From: Candidatus Zambryskiibacteriota bacterium
Lineage (GTDB): Bacteria; Patescibacteriota; Minisyncoccia; Phycocordibacterales; WO2-35-19
DNA: 64,000 nt
Assembly (NCBI GenBank): GCA_048499675.1
Contig: JASNZL010000008.1
Location: forward strand, 27 to 64,026
Reading direction: 5' to 3'
Below are positions 10,324 to 20,272 of the stretch, one piece after another. The position numbers were made by a program, and so were the translations under genes. How positions within the stretch are numbered: the first letter of the stretch is position 1; the number at the start of each line of letters is the position of its first letter. Under the pieces are notes generated by a model. It saw only the letters and a list, made by a program, of their open reading frames with translations, was not told where the DNA came from and did not search any database.

Positions 10324-11939
10324 ATCAAAATTAAAATAATAGAAATTAAAACAAACGAAAAGTAATTTTTGAAAATAGGTTTTTCGACGTATGGTTTTGC
10401 AATTACATATGTGTAATTTAGATAACCAAATATTAAACTAGGAAAAATTAGAACGTAATTATTCACAAAAAACGGAACAAGCAAAAAAGCCAAACTGGAA
10501 AGTATCGCAACAACTCTTGGTCCCCACATATCACCAAAAAGCACGGGTACAGTTTGTATCCCTGCTTTTTTGTCACCTTCTATATCTTTCATATCTCGGA
10601 TATTAGAAGAAAGAAAGAAAATGAGAACAACCCCAACTGCAATTTTTGTAGGAAACACCCCTATTTCTTTTATTGGTGATACCAAATAAAAACCAGCAAG
10701 GACTGCCGACAAACAACATAGTCCTATGAGAAACGAAGAGAAGAAAGGGACAATTTTGAACCTTGTGGGGTTGGCACTATACATATAATAAAGAGCGGTA
10801 AAACAAAGCAAAAAGAAAAAAGGTCCAAAACCCGAAAGATATCCTCCAATCAAAGAAAGTATTAGAAAAATTCTAGAAACTTGTTTTGAGTCAAAACTGG
10901 TCAAAGTTTTTTGCACGAGTGGTCTTTCTTGGTTTGTTACTTCATCAATCAAAACATCCTCCTCGTCGTTTACAAAAACCGCAAACATCCAAGAAAAGTA
11001 AAAAGTTAAAAACAAAATTAAAATAGAAAAAATATCAAACCAACTTAAATATATTTTTGGGAAAATAGAGAAAGCAATAATTACTCCAAGCAGAATCATA
11101 AAAATATAATGTGCCACTCTCTCTCCTCTTGAATTTTTCATTACTGCCAAAAACTTTTCTTTTTGATTTTTATAAAACAAAAATAGAGCTGACAAAACTG
11201 CGATAACAAAAAACATTTTTGCCATCATAAAATTAAAAGCAATGTCGAGAACCGTTATGTCCGAAGAGTATTCTAAATAATGAGGAACATTGTTTAAAAT
11301 GGTGCTCGACTCTATTATTGATTTTTGAATATACAGATTTGGCGAATACTTGTAATTGCCCATTTGCCCAACAAGAGAGACAAAACTTGGAAAAGAAAGT
11401 ACAAAAAATATAATGAAATACAACGCGAGAACTGATAGCAGAGATTTGATAATATTTTTTTCACTCAAATAAGATATGAGTCCTATTGAGAGAAGTATCA
11501 GGAAAACTTCAATCTTTATACCAATTGTTATCCCTTGGCTAAAACTATTACCAAAATATGTAAAAAATGATTTTAATATTCCTATTGGTGTTTCAAAAAC
11601 ATATGCAAGCTTAAACCCCGCTCCCATACTGACAACAAAATCAATTAGTGGAGCAATGAAAATAGAAACAAAAAAGACAGCTACAAACTGGAAGGCGGTT
11701 TTTTTGAATTTTTCAAGAAAAACCTGTACAAATATTACAAAAATCAAAGCAACTGCTACAAAAAAAATGTAGTAGTGCATCATAGTAGAAAAATCAGAAA
11801 CAAAAAGAGGGCCGTTTGTGGGACTTGAAAAAGCTTCAAGAAAAAATCTACCAAATATAATCGCGGAGATTCCACCAAGCCAACTTAAAGGAGTAATTTT
11901 TATACTTTCAAAATAATCTTGTAATTTTTTTATAATCAT
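10320..11939 (-). CDS. UbiA-family prenyltransferase with an extended N-terminal membrane region
   Basis: NDEEDVLIDEVTNQERPL and RDMKDIEGDKKAG..TVP aspartate motifs, many TM helices. Confidence 0.8.
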   Translation of the reverse strand: MIIKKLQDYFESIKITPLSWLGGISAIIFGRFFLEAFSSPTNGPLFVSDFSTMMHYYIFFVAVALIFVIFVQVFLEKFKKTAFQFVAVFFVSIFIAPLIDFVVSMGAGFKLAYVFETPIGILKSFFTYFGNSFSQGITIGIKIEVFLILLSIGLISYLSEKNIIKSLLSVLALYFIIFFVLSFPSFVSLVGQMGNYKYSPNLYIQKSIIESSTILNNVPHYLEYSSDITVLDIAFNFMMAKMFFVIAVLSALFLFYKNQKEKFLAVMKNSRGERVAHYIFMILLGVIIAFSIFPKIYLSWFDIFSILILFLTFYFSWMFAVFVNDEEDVLIDEVTNQERPLVQKTLTSFDSKQVSRIFLILSLIGGYLSGFGPFFFLLCFTALYYMYSANPTRFKIVPFFSSFLIGLCCLSAVLAGFYLVSPIKEIGVFPTKIAVGVVLIFFLSSNIRDMKDIEGDKKAGIQTVPVLFGDMWGPRVVAILSSLAFLLVPFFVNNYVLIFPSLIFGYLNYTYVIAKPYVEKPIFKNYFSFVLISIILILI

Positions 11940-11981
11940 ATGATTTTGTTTTATGTAAATATTATGGTTACATAATACAAT

Positions 11982-12845
11982 ATGGAAGAAAATATGACAG
12001 CCAAAAAACTAGACCATGCAAGGCACGACTTAAAGCGAAGTTTGGGTCAAAATTTCTTGAAAGACCCAAAAATACTTAAAAAGATTGCCGATTTTGCCAA
12101 AATTGACAAAAAAGACACCATAATTGAAGTCGGTCCGGGAGAAGGGACACTCACAGAATTTTTGCTACAAAGAGCGGGCAAAGTTATAGTGATAGAAAAG
12201 GACGACAGAATGGTAGAATTCTTACACCACAAATTCCAACGCCAAATTTTACTGGGCAAGTTACAAATCATTTCTGGTGATGTTTTGAAAATTGAAAATT
12301 TATTAAAAATTGCAAAATTGAAAATTGAAAATTTTATTTTAATCGGTAACATCCCTTACTATATAACCGGAGCATTGTTTAGAAAAATTTTTGAATTAGA
12401 AAATTTACCAAAATCTTTAACTTTTGTAGTCCAAAAAGAAGTTGCGGACAGAATAATGACGAGGTCTGCACACCAAGGGGGAGGGGGGAGTAAAGAAAGT
12501 ATTTTGAGTATTTCGCTCAAAGTATATGGAACACCAAAATATGGAGGAGTAATCAAAGCTGGAAGTTTCTTCCCAAAACCAAAAGTTGATTCGGCAATTA
12601 TTTCAATTGAGAATATTAGTCGGAAAAATCTAAAAAGAGGAGATGAGGAAAGATTTTTTGAAATTTTAAAAGCTGGATTTGCTCACAAAAGAAAGCTGCT
12701 CATAAAAAACCTTGAAAAAATAAGCACGAAACCAAATTTAGAAAAAGTTTTTGACACATTAAAGATACCAAAAAACACAAGGGCTGAGGACTTGAAAGTA
12801 GAGAATTGGCTTCAAATAGCAAAAAAACTTACATATACGAAGTAA
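11982..12845 (+). CDS. rsmA: 16S rRNA dimethyladenosine transferase RsmA/KsgA
   Basis: KRSLGQNFL, EVGPGEG, GNIPYYIT, QKEVADR, FFPKPKVDSA. Confidence 0.96.
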   Translation: MEENMTAKKLDHARHDLKRSLGQNFLKDPKILKKIADFAKIDKKDTIIEVGPGEGTLTEFLLQRAGKVIVIEKDDRMVEFLHHKFQRQILLGKLQIISGDVLKIENLLKIAKLKIENFILIGNIPYYITGALFRKIFELENLPKSLTFVVQKEVADRIMTRSAHQGGGGSKESILSISLKVYGTPKYGGVIKAGSFFPKPKVDSAIISIENISRKNLKRGDEERFFEILKAGFAHKRKLLIKNLEKISTKPNLEKVFDTLKIPKNTRAEDLKVENWLQIAKKLTYTK

Positions 12846-13007
12846 CGAATTGGTTACGAATAGATACGAACAAGAAACGAGGTACGAAGTAGAATTAATC
12901 TAATTACACTAATTAACCTAATTATTCTAAATAATGACTAATTCTCAGTCCTAAATTTAAAATTGGGCATTGAGATTTATTTAGATTAATTAGAAATTAG
13001 AGTAATT

Positions 13008-13097
13008 ACTTGTCCCGCGTAGTTTTAACGAAGTGGGACTTGTCCCGCGTAGTTTTAACGAAGTGGGACTTGTCCCGCGCAACTTCAGTGAAGTGGG
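13008..13097 (+). repeat. Three tandem 30-bp REP-like hairpin units
   Basis: acttgtcccgcgtagttttaacgaagtggg x2 plus one variant; related single copies at 4997-5028 and (inverted) 47763-47793. Confidence 0.85.
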
Positions 13098-13183
13098 AGA
13101 ATAATTATTTTTGCCCACCTGTTCCCAAATCCTCTTTCACACTTTTTCTTTCTTTTAAGCTTAGTCTTGTTATAATTATTGTA

Positions 13184-14038
13184 ATGATGGCACCGAGTAA
13201 TAAAGCAATAAGCATAATTGTGATTACTTCAGCTTTTGTAATATTTGTTATTGTTGGTTTTGGTTTTGAAAAATCTTCTAACCTTGTTGGTAGTGCCGAC
13301 AATTTAATAGCTGGTGAAAAAATATTGCCCCCAACGAATCCAAATTGGCAAGAAGATTTAGATAAATTAAACATCCAGAGCAAAGATTTGAGCGGGGCAG
13401 AAACTATCCCAAATAGAGACACAGTGACCGAAGCTCTCTCTATCACACTCGCGTCAAATATTTTGACACATAAACAAAACAATACCCTCACCGAAAGAAC
13501 CGCCTTAGAACTAATAGACAAAAGCCTTGATTTTGTTGATAGTACAGCACCAAAAACAGATTCATTCAAAGTTACTGATTTAAATGTAGTCCCAAATAAC
13601 GGCCAAATCTCAATCAAACAATATGGCGAAAATCTAGGCCTAATCCTCAAAACAAGTAGGCCAGTAAATGCCAAAAATGAGATGCAAATAGTTGGAGATG
13701 CTATAGAAGCAAACAACCCATCAAGAATGAATGAGCTTGATCCTGTAATAATGAATTACCAAAACCTAACCGAAAAATTAGTAAAAATGCCTGTACCAGA
13801 GCTTTTTGTCAAAGCACACTTAGATATGGTTAATGGTTTAAACCAAATCCCATCTTCTTTAAAAGAAGTAAAAAAGGTTTTTGCTGATCCAATGACTGGT
13901 CTGATGTCACTTGAACTCTACAATGATGGCGTTAGTTTGTTTGCTTCAGCAATAAGCGCAACTGTTGAATTTATCAAGTCAAACAAAGTTATTTATGAAC
14001 AAGGCAGTGGTGGTTACTTCTTGTTGTACGGGATATAA
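13184..14038 (+). CDS. Hypothetical membrane-anchored protein (first gene of the T4SS-like locus)
   Basis: N-terminal TM helix after MMAPS; -10 TATAAT at 13171; the longer ORF N-terminus is translated repeat DNA. Confidence 0.75.
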   Translation: MMAPSNKAISIIVITSAFVIFVIVGFGFEKSSNLVGSADNLIAGEKILPPTNPNWQEDLDKLNIQSKDLSGAETIPNRDTVTEALSITLASNILTHKQNNTLTERTALELIDKSLDFVDSTAPKTDSFKVTDLNVVPNNGQISIKQYGENLGLILKTSRPVNAKNEMQIVGDAIEANNPSRMNELDPVIMNYQNLTEKLVKMPVPELFVKAHLDMVNGLNQIPSSLKEVKKVFADPMTGLMSLELYNDGVSLFASAISATVEFIKSNKVIYEQGSGGYFLLYGI

Positions 14039-14222
14039 TTAAGACACGACACCAATAGTAGAGTAAAAAGTTTATAAAGGTGCAAGTTATAAAGTAACAA
14101 GACACAAAATGAGGCAACGAGATACGAGTTACGATATTAGAAATCACAAAACACAGGAAACAAATTACAAATAAAATACAAAAACTCTCGAATTTAAAGT
14201 TTAAAGGGCTTAAAAAGAAAAA

Positions 14223-15362
14223 ATGAAAAGTTTTAATAAAAAAATAATTTCAATACTTCTTGTTCTAATTTTTGTTTTTTCTCCCGTTTTCGCAAACAAA
14301 GCAGAAGCTCAGTGGGTAACATGGGACCCAGGCAACTTCGTACCAAATTGGGGTAAATTTATAAAAGACTGGGGTCTAGATACTTTAGCGTGGTCAATGG
14401 TAAACCTAGTAATAGAAAGAATGGCGGCCCAAACTGTTAATTGGATAAACAGCGGATTTGATGGTTCCCCAGGATTTATTACAGACACTGGAGGATTTTT
14501 TAGAGAAACAGCAGATGGTGTAGCCGGTCAATACATTTTTGAAAACCCAAACTTAAATTTTCTTTGCGGACCGATTAGTGCGAGAATACGATTATCCTTG
14601 GCTCAAAACTATATACAAGACAACGTGAGATGGCAATGTACTGTTACAGACGTTGTGGGCAATGTAGAAAACTTTATGAACGATTTTAGTCAAGGTGGTT
14701 GGGATGGATTTTTTGAACTAACACAAAGACAACAAAACAATCCTGTGGGTGCTTATATGCAAGCCGAGAACGAACTTTTTTGGAGAATAGCTAACAAACA
14801 AGGAACTTTGGATAAAGAGCTCAATTGGGGTCAGGGGATAATGTCATTCAAAACTTGTGACAGAGAACCTCCAAAAGTGGAGGCGAGTGGTGGTGTTCCA
14901 AACGCAGACGGTTCAATCAATTACATAACAACTCCTGGTGAATGTATAAAAGGGACAGAGAAAATTTCAACCCCCGGCTCAGTAATTCAGAGCAAACTAA
15001 ATGAAAGTTTGGGGATGGGTACAAAGAGACTTGAAGTTGCAGACGAAATAAACGAGATAGTAAGTGCTCTTATGAACCAACTTACTCTTCAAGTTATAGG
15101 TGGAGTAGGAAAAGGTCTTAGAAGTTTGAGTAGTCCAAGTACCGGCTCTTCAAATACCCAGACATTTGCTCAAAGACTGGCTTCAAGCACCGCTTCATCA
15201 ACTACAGACTACTTTGGCAATCAACAAGACACCTCAGCACTTGATACGCCACGACCTGATTTGAACCAATCACCAACAGGAGGAACTTTGGTATATCCAC
15301 CGGCACCGGCACCAGAACCGGAGCCATGCAATCCAAACATTGATCCAAATTGTACACCTTAA
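14223..15362 (+). CDS. Secreted hypothetical protein typical of the Patescibacteria T4SS-like locus
   Basis: Signal peptide (..ANKAEA), WINSGFDGSP..F, Cys pairs, TPGS motif, Pro-rich tail. Confidence 0.75.
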   Translation: MKSFNKKIISILLVLIFVFSPVFANKAEAQWVTWDPGNFVPNWGKFIKDWGLDTLAWSMVNLVIERMAAQTVNWINSGFDGSPGFITDTGGFFRETADGVAGQYIFENPNLNFLCGPISARIRLSLAQNYIQDNVRWQCTVTDVVGNVENFMNDFSQGGWDGFFELTQRQQNNPVGAYMQAENELFWRIANKQGTLDKELNWGQGIMSFKTCDREPPKVEASGGVPNADGSINYITTPGECIKGTEKISTPGSVIQSKLNESLGMGTKRLEVADEINEIVSALMNQLTLQVIGGVGKGLRSLSSPSTGSSNTQTFAQRLASSTASSTTDYFGNQQDTSALDTPRPDLNQSPTGGTLVYPPAPAPEPEPCNPNIDPNCTP

Positions 15363-15375
15363 GAATATTCAATAA

Positions 15376-17733
15376 ATGACAAAGAGATTTTTAATACTGG
15401 GAATATTTTTTGTAGTTTTAGCGGGAACAATATTTTCTCCTTTAGTTTCTTATGGGCAAAATACCGATGGAGAATGTACTCCTGCTCAAGTAGCGGCTGG
15501 TGGAATAACTCGTCGACCTGGAGATTTTGTAGATGGACGCTTAACAGTTAGCACTTATTGTCAAGTTGCAGGAAGTGCCCCAGATCAAGGAGTTCTAACT
15601 GAAACAGCGAAACAAGCAATGCAAATAGCTGGAGACGGACTTTTCAAGCCACTTTTTTTACCAATAGGCCACTTCCTACTTGGTGTTTCCTCAATCATTC
15701 TCATAACAACTGGTTGGATTTTTGACGGAATTGTAAGTATGACAATTCTCAATGTTGCAGAATACATTGGTACAGGCAGTGAAATGGGCGGAGCTATATC
15801 AATGGCGTGGGGCACACTCCGAGATGTGGCGAATATGTTTTTTATATTTGTCTTGATATTTGCAGCCCTCAAGTCTATGTTTGATTTGGATTTTGGAAAC
15901 GCAAACAAGACTATAAGAAACGTAATCATTGTTGCTCTTCTAATCAACTTCAGTCTTTTCTTTTCAAAAGTTGTAATAGACGCATCAAACGTTGTCGCTT
16001 TGGGTTTTTATAAAGCTATTTCACAAGCAAATACAGCATCTTTTCAAGCATCTGGACAATTAAACACAGGAATAGGTGGTACTGCAAATTTTGAAGGAAT
16101 ATCTGGCGGATATATGAGACTGCTTGGGCTCCAAACATTTTATGGTGCGAGCATTTTAAACGGTTTAAATGTTCAAAGTGTGATTGTGGTATCCGTAATG
16201 GGCTCTATTTTTATGTTGGTTGCCTCAGTAATATTTTTGATTTCTGGAGTTATGTTTGTCGCCCGTTTTGTCATACTTATTTTCCTTATGATACTCTCGC
16301 CTCTGGCGTTTATTGCCATAGCCATCCCCGGAGGTTCTCAAATATTTGATAAATGGAAAAGCGCCCTCATTGACCAGTCATTTTTTGCTCCTCTATTTTT
16401 TGCTTTGACTTGGGTTTCGTTTAAACTTGGGTCTGCCTTAATAACCAAAATGCCAACAGGAGATACAACTTGGGTTGATATTTTTGTTTCAAATCCAGCG
16501 AAACAAAAAGGAATAGTTGTGATTCTCTTGAATTATGTTTTAGTAATCGGATTTTCAATCGCCGCTCTCGTCTTTGCAAAACAAATGGCGAGCAGAACCG
16601 CCGGATTTACCCAAATCTCCGGTGCTATTGGTTCTGGAGCAGTTGGTGGCGCCGCATTTATTGGTAGACAAACAATCGGACGAGGTGCCAATATGATTTC
16701 TGAAAACAAAAGAGAGGCTTGGTCTAAAACCACTCTTGGTAGAGCTGGTCTCTGGATGGCAGATAAAGGCAGGAGTGCAAGTTTCAACGTGGGAGGTCTT
16801 GCAGACACAAAGCTTGGTAAAATGACTGGTGCAAATAAAATACTAGATCCAAATATAATTGGCAAAACTACTGGTGTAGGTGGATTTGCAAAGGCGACAG
16901 AAGAAAAAGCAAAGAAAAAAGCTGAATATGCTAAGAGGGTATACGGACAAACAAGCGACGAAAATGAAGCTCTAAGAAGAATGGAGTTGGCTTACAAGGG
17001 AGGTTTTGATGAAAACGGCGAGCCAATAAAGGGGCTTGAGAATGAATTGAGTGAGATGAAGAGACAAGAAGAAGAGGTAATAAAAAAATCCAGAAAAGAA
17101 AATGTTGAATTAGCTCAAAAGGCCGAGGAAGAAGCTCAAACAAAGGTTGAAGAAAACAGGAGAGCATTAGAAAAAGCAAAAACATCGATGATGCCGGAGC
17201 AAATAAAAGTAGCAAAAATGAAGCTTGAAGAATCCGAAAGAGATTTAGAATTAAATAAGATAAAACACAAAGAAGCCATACAAAAACAAACTTCTAAAAT
17301 TGAGGATGATGAATTTTCTGAAGAATTAAAGACTTTGGAGAGAGAAGCAAACGAAGCAAAAATAAATATAGAAAAACAAAAAAATCTTGGTAAGGTAAGA
17401 CAACTTGAATACGCAAAAAGATTAGAAAAAACACCTCTCGTTGCAGAAGGATTGGGTGCAGCATCTGGAATATATGGTGGCGCTGCACTTGGTGCATTAT
17501 TTGGACCCTTAGGAATACTTATTGGAGGGGCGGCAGGCGCAGCAACAGGAGCGCATCTTGCTGGAAAATTGGGTAGCGGGGGCGTTGCTTGGGCAGGAAA
17601 TAAGAGTGCTTCGAGGAGTGTCCGCGCCCTTGCCGAAGGAAAAGAAAAAAAAGATAAAAAGAAACTGCAAGAAGATTTGGCTAAAGCGCTTGGAATAGAA
17701 GAGGATAAAAAAGAAGACCAACAACAAAATTAA
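15376..17733 (+). CDS. VirB6/TrbL-like polytopic membrane protein with coiled-coil C-terminus
   Basis: W..RDVANMFFIF, ALLINFSLFFSKVVIDASN, R..IL..L.ILSPLAF; T4SS context. Confidence 0.75.
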   Translation: MTKRFLILGIFFVVLAGTIFSPLVSYGQNTDGECTPAQVAAGGITRRPGDFVDGRLTVSTYCQVAGSAPDQGVLTETAKQAMQIAGDGLFKPLFLPIGHFLLGVSSIILITTGWIFDGIVSMTILNVAEYIGTGSEMGGAISMAWGTLRDVANMFFIFVLIFAALKSMFDLDFGNANKTIRNVIIVALLINFSLFFSKVVIDASNVVALGFYKAISQANTASFQASGQLNTGIGGTANFEGISGGYMRLLGLQTFYGASILNGLNVQSVIVVSVMGSIFMLVASVIFLISGVMFVARFVILIFLMILSPLAFIAIAIPGGSQIFDKWKSALIDQSFFAPLFFALTWVSFKLGSALITKMPTGDTTWVDIFVSNPAKQKGIVVILLNYVLVIGFSIAALVFAKQMASRTAGFTQISGAIGSGAVGGAAFIGRQTIGRGANMISENKREAWSKTTLGRAGLWMADKGRSASFNVGGLADTKLGKMTGANKILDPNIIGKTTGVGGFAKATEEKAKKKAEYAKRVYGQTSDENEALRRMELAYKGGFDENGEPIKGLENELSEMKRQEEEVIKKSRKENVELAQKAEEEAQTKVEENRRALEKAKTSMMPEQIKVAKMKLEESERDLELNKIKHKEAIQKQTSKIEDDEFSEELKTLEREANEAKINIEKQKNLGKVRQLEYAKRLEKTPLVAEGLGAASGIYGGAALGALFGPLGILIGGAAGAATGAHLAGKLGSGGVAWAGNKSASRSVRALAEGKEKKDKKKLQEDLAKALGIEEDKKEDQQQN

Positions 17734-17743
17734 CCGAAACAAA

Positions 17744-18325
17744 ATGGATAATACAAAAGAATTATTGATACAAAAAATAGAATCTTTACCCAAAGCATAT
17801 AAAAGCTATATTTTGAGTAAGGAATGGGTTAAAAATTTATCTGAAACTTTTTTAGGTTTTACTTTTGATGAATGGCAAATAACTTCTATTGAAAATGAAG
17901 TATTTATTGTACTTGTTGGTTTAGAGCCATACACAAATCTATCAGAAAATATTTCAAAAGAAGCGGAAATTGACATAGAAACAGCAAACAAAATAGCGGT
18001 GGGTATAATAAATAAAATACTTGGACCAATAACAGAAAAATTTAGAAAAGATTTTGGTATCCCCGAAGAAACAAAACAGCCAGAAAAAACAAACCCGATA
18101 GGAAAATCATTTGAAGAAACAATATTAAACCAAGCGAGAGGGATGATGCCTGCCCGCCACGCTTCGCAAAGCGATGCGGGCGGGCCTGCCCGTCCTGCGA
18201 ACGAAGATACGAGTTACGAGATACGAGATGAGGCAAATAAAAAAATAGAGGAAAACAACAAACCAAATGTTCCATTACCTAATTATTCTGGAGGAAACGA
18301 TCCGTATAGAGAACCAATTCAATAA
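17744..18325 (+). CDS. Conserved hypothetical protein (C-terminal DPYREP)
   Basis: 193-aa ORF ending DPYREPIQ; carries in-frame repeat insertions at 18148-18230. Confidence 0.8.
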   Translation: MDNTKELLIQKIESLPKAYKSYILSKEWVKNLSETFLGFTFDEWQITSIENEVFIVLVGLEPYTNLSENISKEAEIDIETANKIAVGIINKILGPITEKFRKDFGIPEETKQPEKTNPIGKSFEETILNQARGMMPARHASQSDAGGPARPANEDTSYEIRDEANKKIEENNKPNVPLPNYSGGNDPYREPIQ

Positions 18326-18454
18326 TTACCTAATTCCTAATTGCCCTAATTAATCTAAACAAATCCAAAGGCCTAATTTTAAAATTGGGAATTGTAGATT
18401 AGTCATTATTTAGAATAATTAGTATAATTAGATTAATTAGAATAATTTAACCCT

Positions 18455-18889
18455 ATGCGTTTTCAAATACCACAATTTATTGATGTAGAAGACCAAATAC
18501 TTGGCCCTTTTACTTTAAAACAGTTTATTTACATTGCAGGAGGCGCAAGCGTTGCTTTGATTTTTGTAACCCTACTTGGTGTTTTTTGGGGACTTTTAGT
18601 TTCTTCTCCAATTGTAATTCTCGCTCTAGCTCTGGCTTTTTACAAAATAAACAACAGACCGTTTATAAACACCCTCGAGTCAGCATTTAAATATATGATC
18701 AAAGACAAACTCTATATTTGGCACAAAAAAGAGCCTGAGGAAAAAGAAGCAGACTCTAGTACCGACAAAAAATTTAGCTCGCTTGTTGTGCCCAACTTAT
18801 CCCAAAGTAAACTCAAGGATATGAACTGGGAATTAGATGTGAAGAAGAAGGAAAACGAGTTACGAGATACGAGTAACGAGATACGATAA
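18455..18889 (+). CDS. PrgI family (VirB3-like) protein
   Basis: MRFQIPQFIDVEDQILGPFTLKQF, two TM helices, KINNRPF. Confidence 0.88.
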   Translation: MRFQIPQFIDVEDQILGPFTLKQFIYIAGGASVALIFVTLLGVFWGLLVSSPIVILALALAFYKINNRPFINTLESAFKYMIKDKLYIWHKKEPEEKEADSSTDKKFSSLVVPNLSQSKLKDMNWELDVKKKENELRDTSNEIR

Positions 18890-19192
18890 AAAGATTTTGA
18901 AAATTTAAAATTTAATAAGAGTTAAAACTTAAAAGCGTTTTTGTTTATATAAAAAATTTTAACAGTTAACTCTTTTCATTCCTAGGGTTGTTTTAATCTT
19001 TAAATGATTAATTCAAAATAAAGAATGAATATAACTAATAACAAAGGATATAATACGGTGTATTTAAATTTTTTTATTTTATAAGTGGTGCAAATCAAAA
19101 AATAGGATTATAATCATTAATATAGATTTGGTTGTTTATTTTAAAAATTAATTCGTACTTCGTTACTCGTACCTCGTAACTCGTCCATTTTT

Positions 19193-19813
19193 ATGAAGAA
19201 TGCTACACAAAAATTTGTACCAATAGATGATGTCAGAGATGGCATTGTTATTTTGAAAGAAGGTGGAATGAGAGGGGTCCTTATGGCTTCTTCAATAAAC
19301 TTTTCTCTAAAATCAAACGACGAGAGACAAGCAATCCTGATGCAGTTTCAAGATTTTCTCAATTCTTTGGATTTTTCAATTCAAATACTTGTTCAGTCCA
19401 GAAGATTAGATATTAGACCTTATGTTGCACTGCTTGAGGGACGGCACAAAGAACAAACAAACGACCTTATGAAAATTCAGATAGAGCAATACATACAATT
19501 CGTAAAAAGCTTTACCGAGAGCACAAACATAATGACCAAAAACTTTTTTATTGTCATACCTTATGATGGGGCAATTATCTCTTCAAAAAAAGGAGTATTA
19601 TCTGGGTTTGGGAGTCAAAATAAATCAAAAGAATCACAAGAAGAAGATTTTGAAGAGAGGAAAAACCAACTTGAACAAAGAATGGCAGTGGTTGAACAGG
19701 GACTCGTCCGATGTGGAGTTAGAGTCGCAAAACTCGGAACAGACGAAGTGGTAGAATTATTTTATAAGATATTTAATCCAGGGGAGTCAGAGAAACCTAT
19801 TAAAATTTCGTAG
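19193..19813 (+). CDS. T4SS-associated protein (TraC/VirB4 N-terminal-like)
   Basis: TQKFVPI..VRDGIVILK, INFSLKS..E, FLNSLDF.IQI; between PrgI and VirB4. Confidence 0.75.
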   Translation: MKNATQKFVPIDDVRDGIVILKEGGMRGVLMASSINFSLKSNDERQAILMQFQDFLNSLDFSIQILVQSRRLDIRPYVALLEGRHKEQTNDLMKIQIEQYIQFVKSFTESTNIMTKNFFIVIPYDGAIISSKKGVLSGFGSQNKSKESQEEDFEERKNQLEQRMAVVEQGLVRCGVRVAKLGTDEVVELFYKIFNPGESEKPIKIS

Positions 19814-19838
19814 AAATTTTAATTGTAAATAAAACAAA

Positions 19839-20258
19839 ATGAGTTACGAGTTACGAGTTACGAGTTACGAAACAAAAGAGAAAATAAACACTTTTCATGA
19901 TTTAAGAGTGTGGAAAGAAGCACATAATCTGGTTATATCAATTTATAAGACAACTAAAAATTTTCCAAAGGATGAGCTTTTTGGGTTAACTAACCAAATA
20001 AGGAGGTCTGCGGTCTCAATAACATCAAATTTAGCTGAAGGGTTTGGTAGAGAAACAATAAAGGATCGGGTACATTTTTATATTATATCCTTAGGATCAT
20101 TAAACGAAATCCAGAATCAGCTTCTCATTTCAAAAGATGTAGGATACCTAAGTTTAGAAAATTGGAGTAAGCTTGAAGAACAGATTATAATTGTAAACAA
20201 GATGCTTAATGGTTTAATAAAAAGATCCAGATCGTACTTCGTTACTCGTACCTCGTAA
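19839..20258 (+). CDS. Four-helix-bundle protein (23S rRNA-IVP / bAvd-like family)
   Basis: FHDLRVWKEAH, FPKDELFGLTNQIRRSAVSITSNLAEGFGR, GSLNE; both termini encoded by heptamer repeats. Confidence 0.92.
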   Translation: MSYELRVTSYETKEKINTFHDLRVWKEAHNLVISIYKTTKNFPKDELFGLTNQIRRSAVSITSNLAEGFGRETIKDRVHFYIISLGSLNEIQNQLLISKDVGYLSLENWSKLEEQIIIVNKMLNGLIKRSRSYFVTRTS

Positions 20259-20272
20259 CTCGTTCTAAATAT

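Noticed and set aside
13008-13097. Possible CRISPR array
   Set aside because: The 30-bp units are directly adjacent with no spacers and no cas genes, and single copies occur elsewhere, so they are REP-like. The ORF N-terminus MSRVVLTKWDL.. is an artefact of the repeat.
19839-20258. Diversity-generating retroelement (Avd-like gene)
   Set aside because: No reverse transcriptase and no TR/VR pair with adenine-specific mismatches seen in the window.
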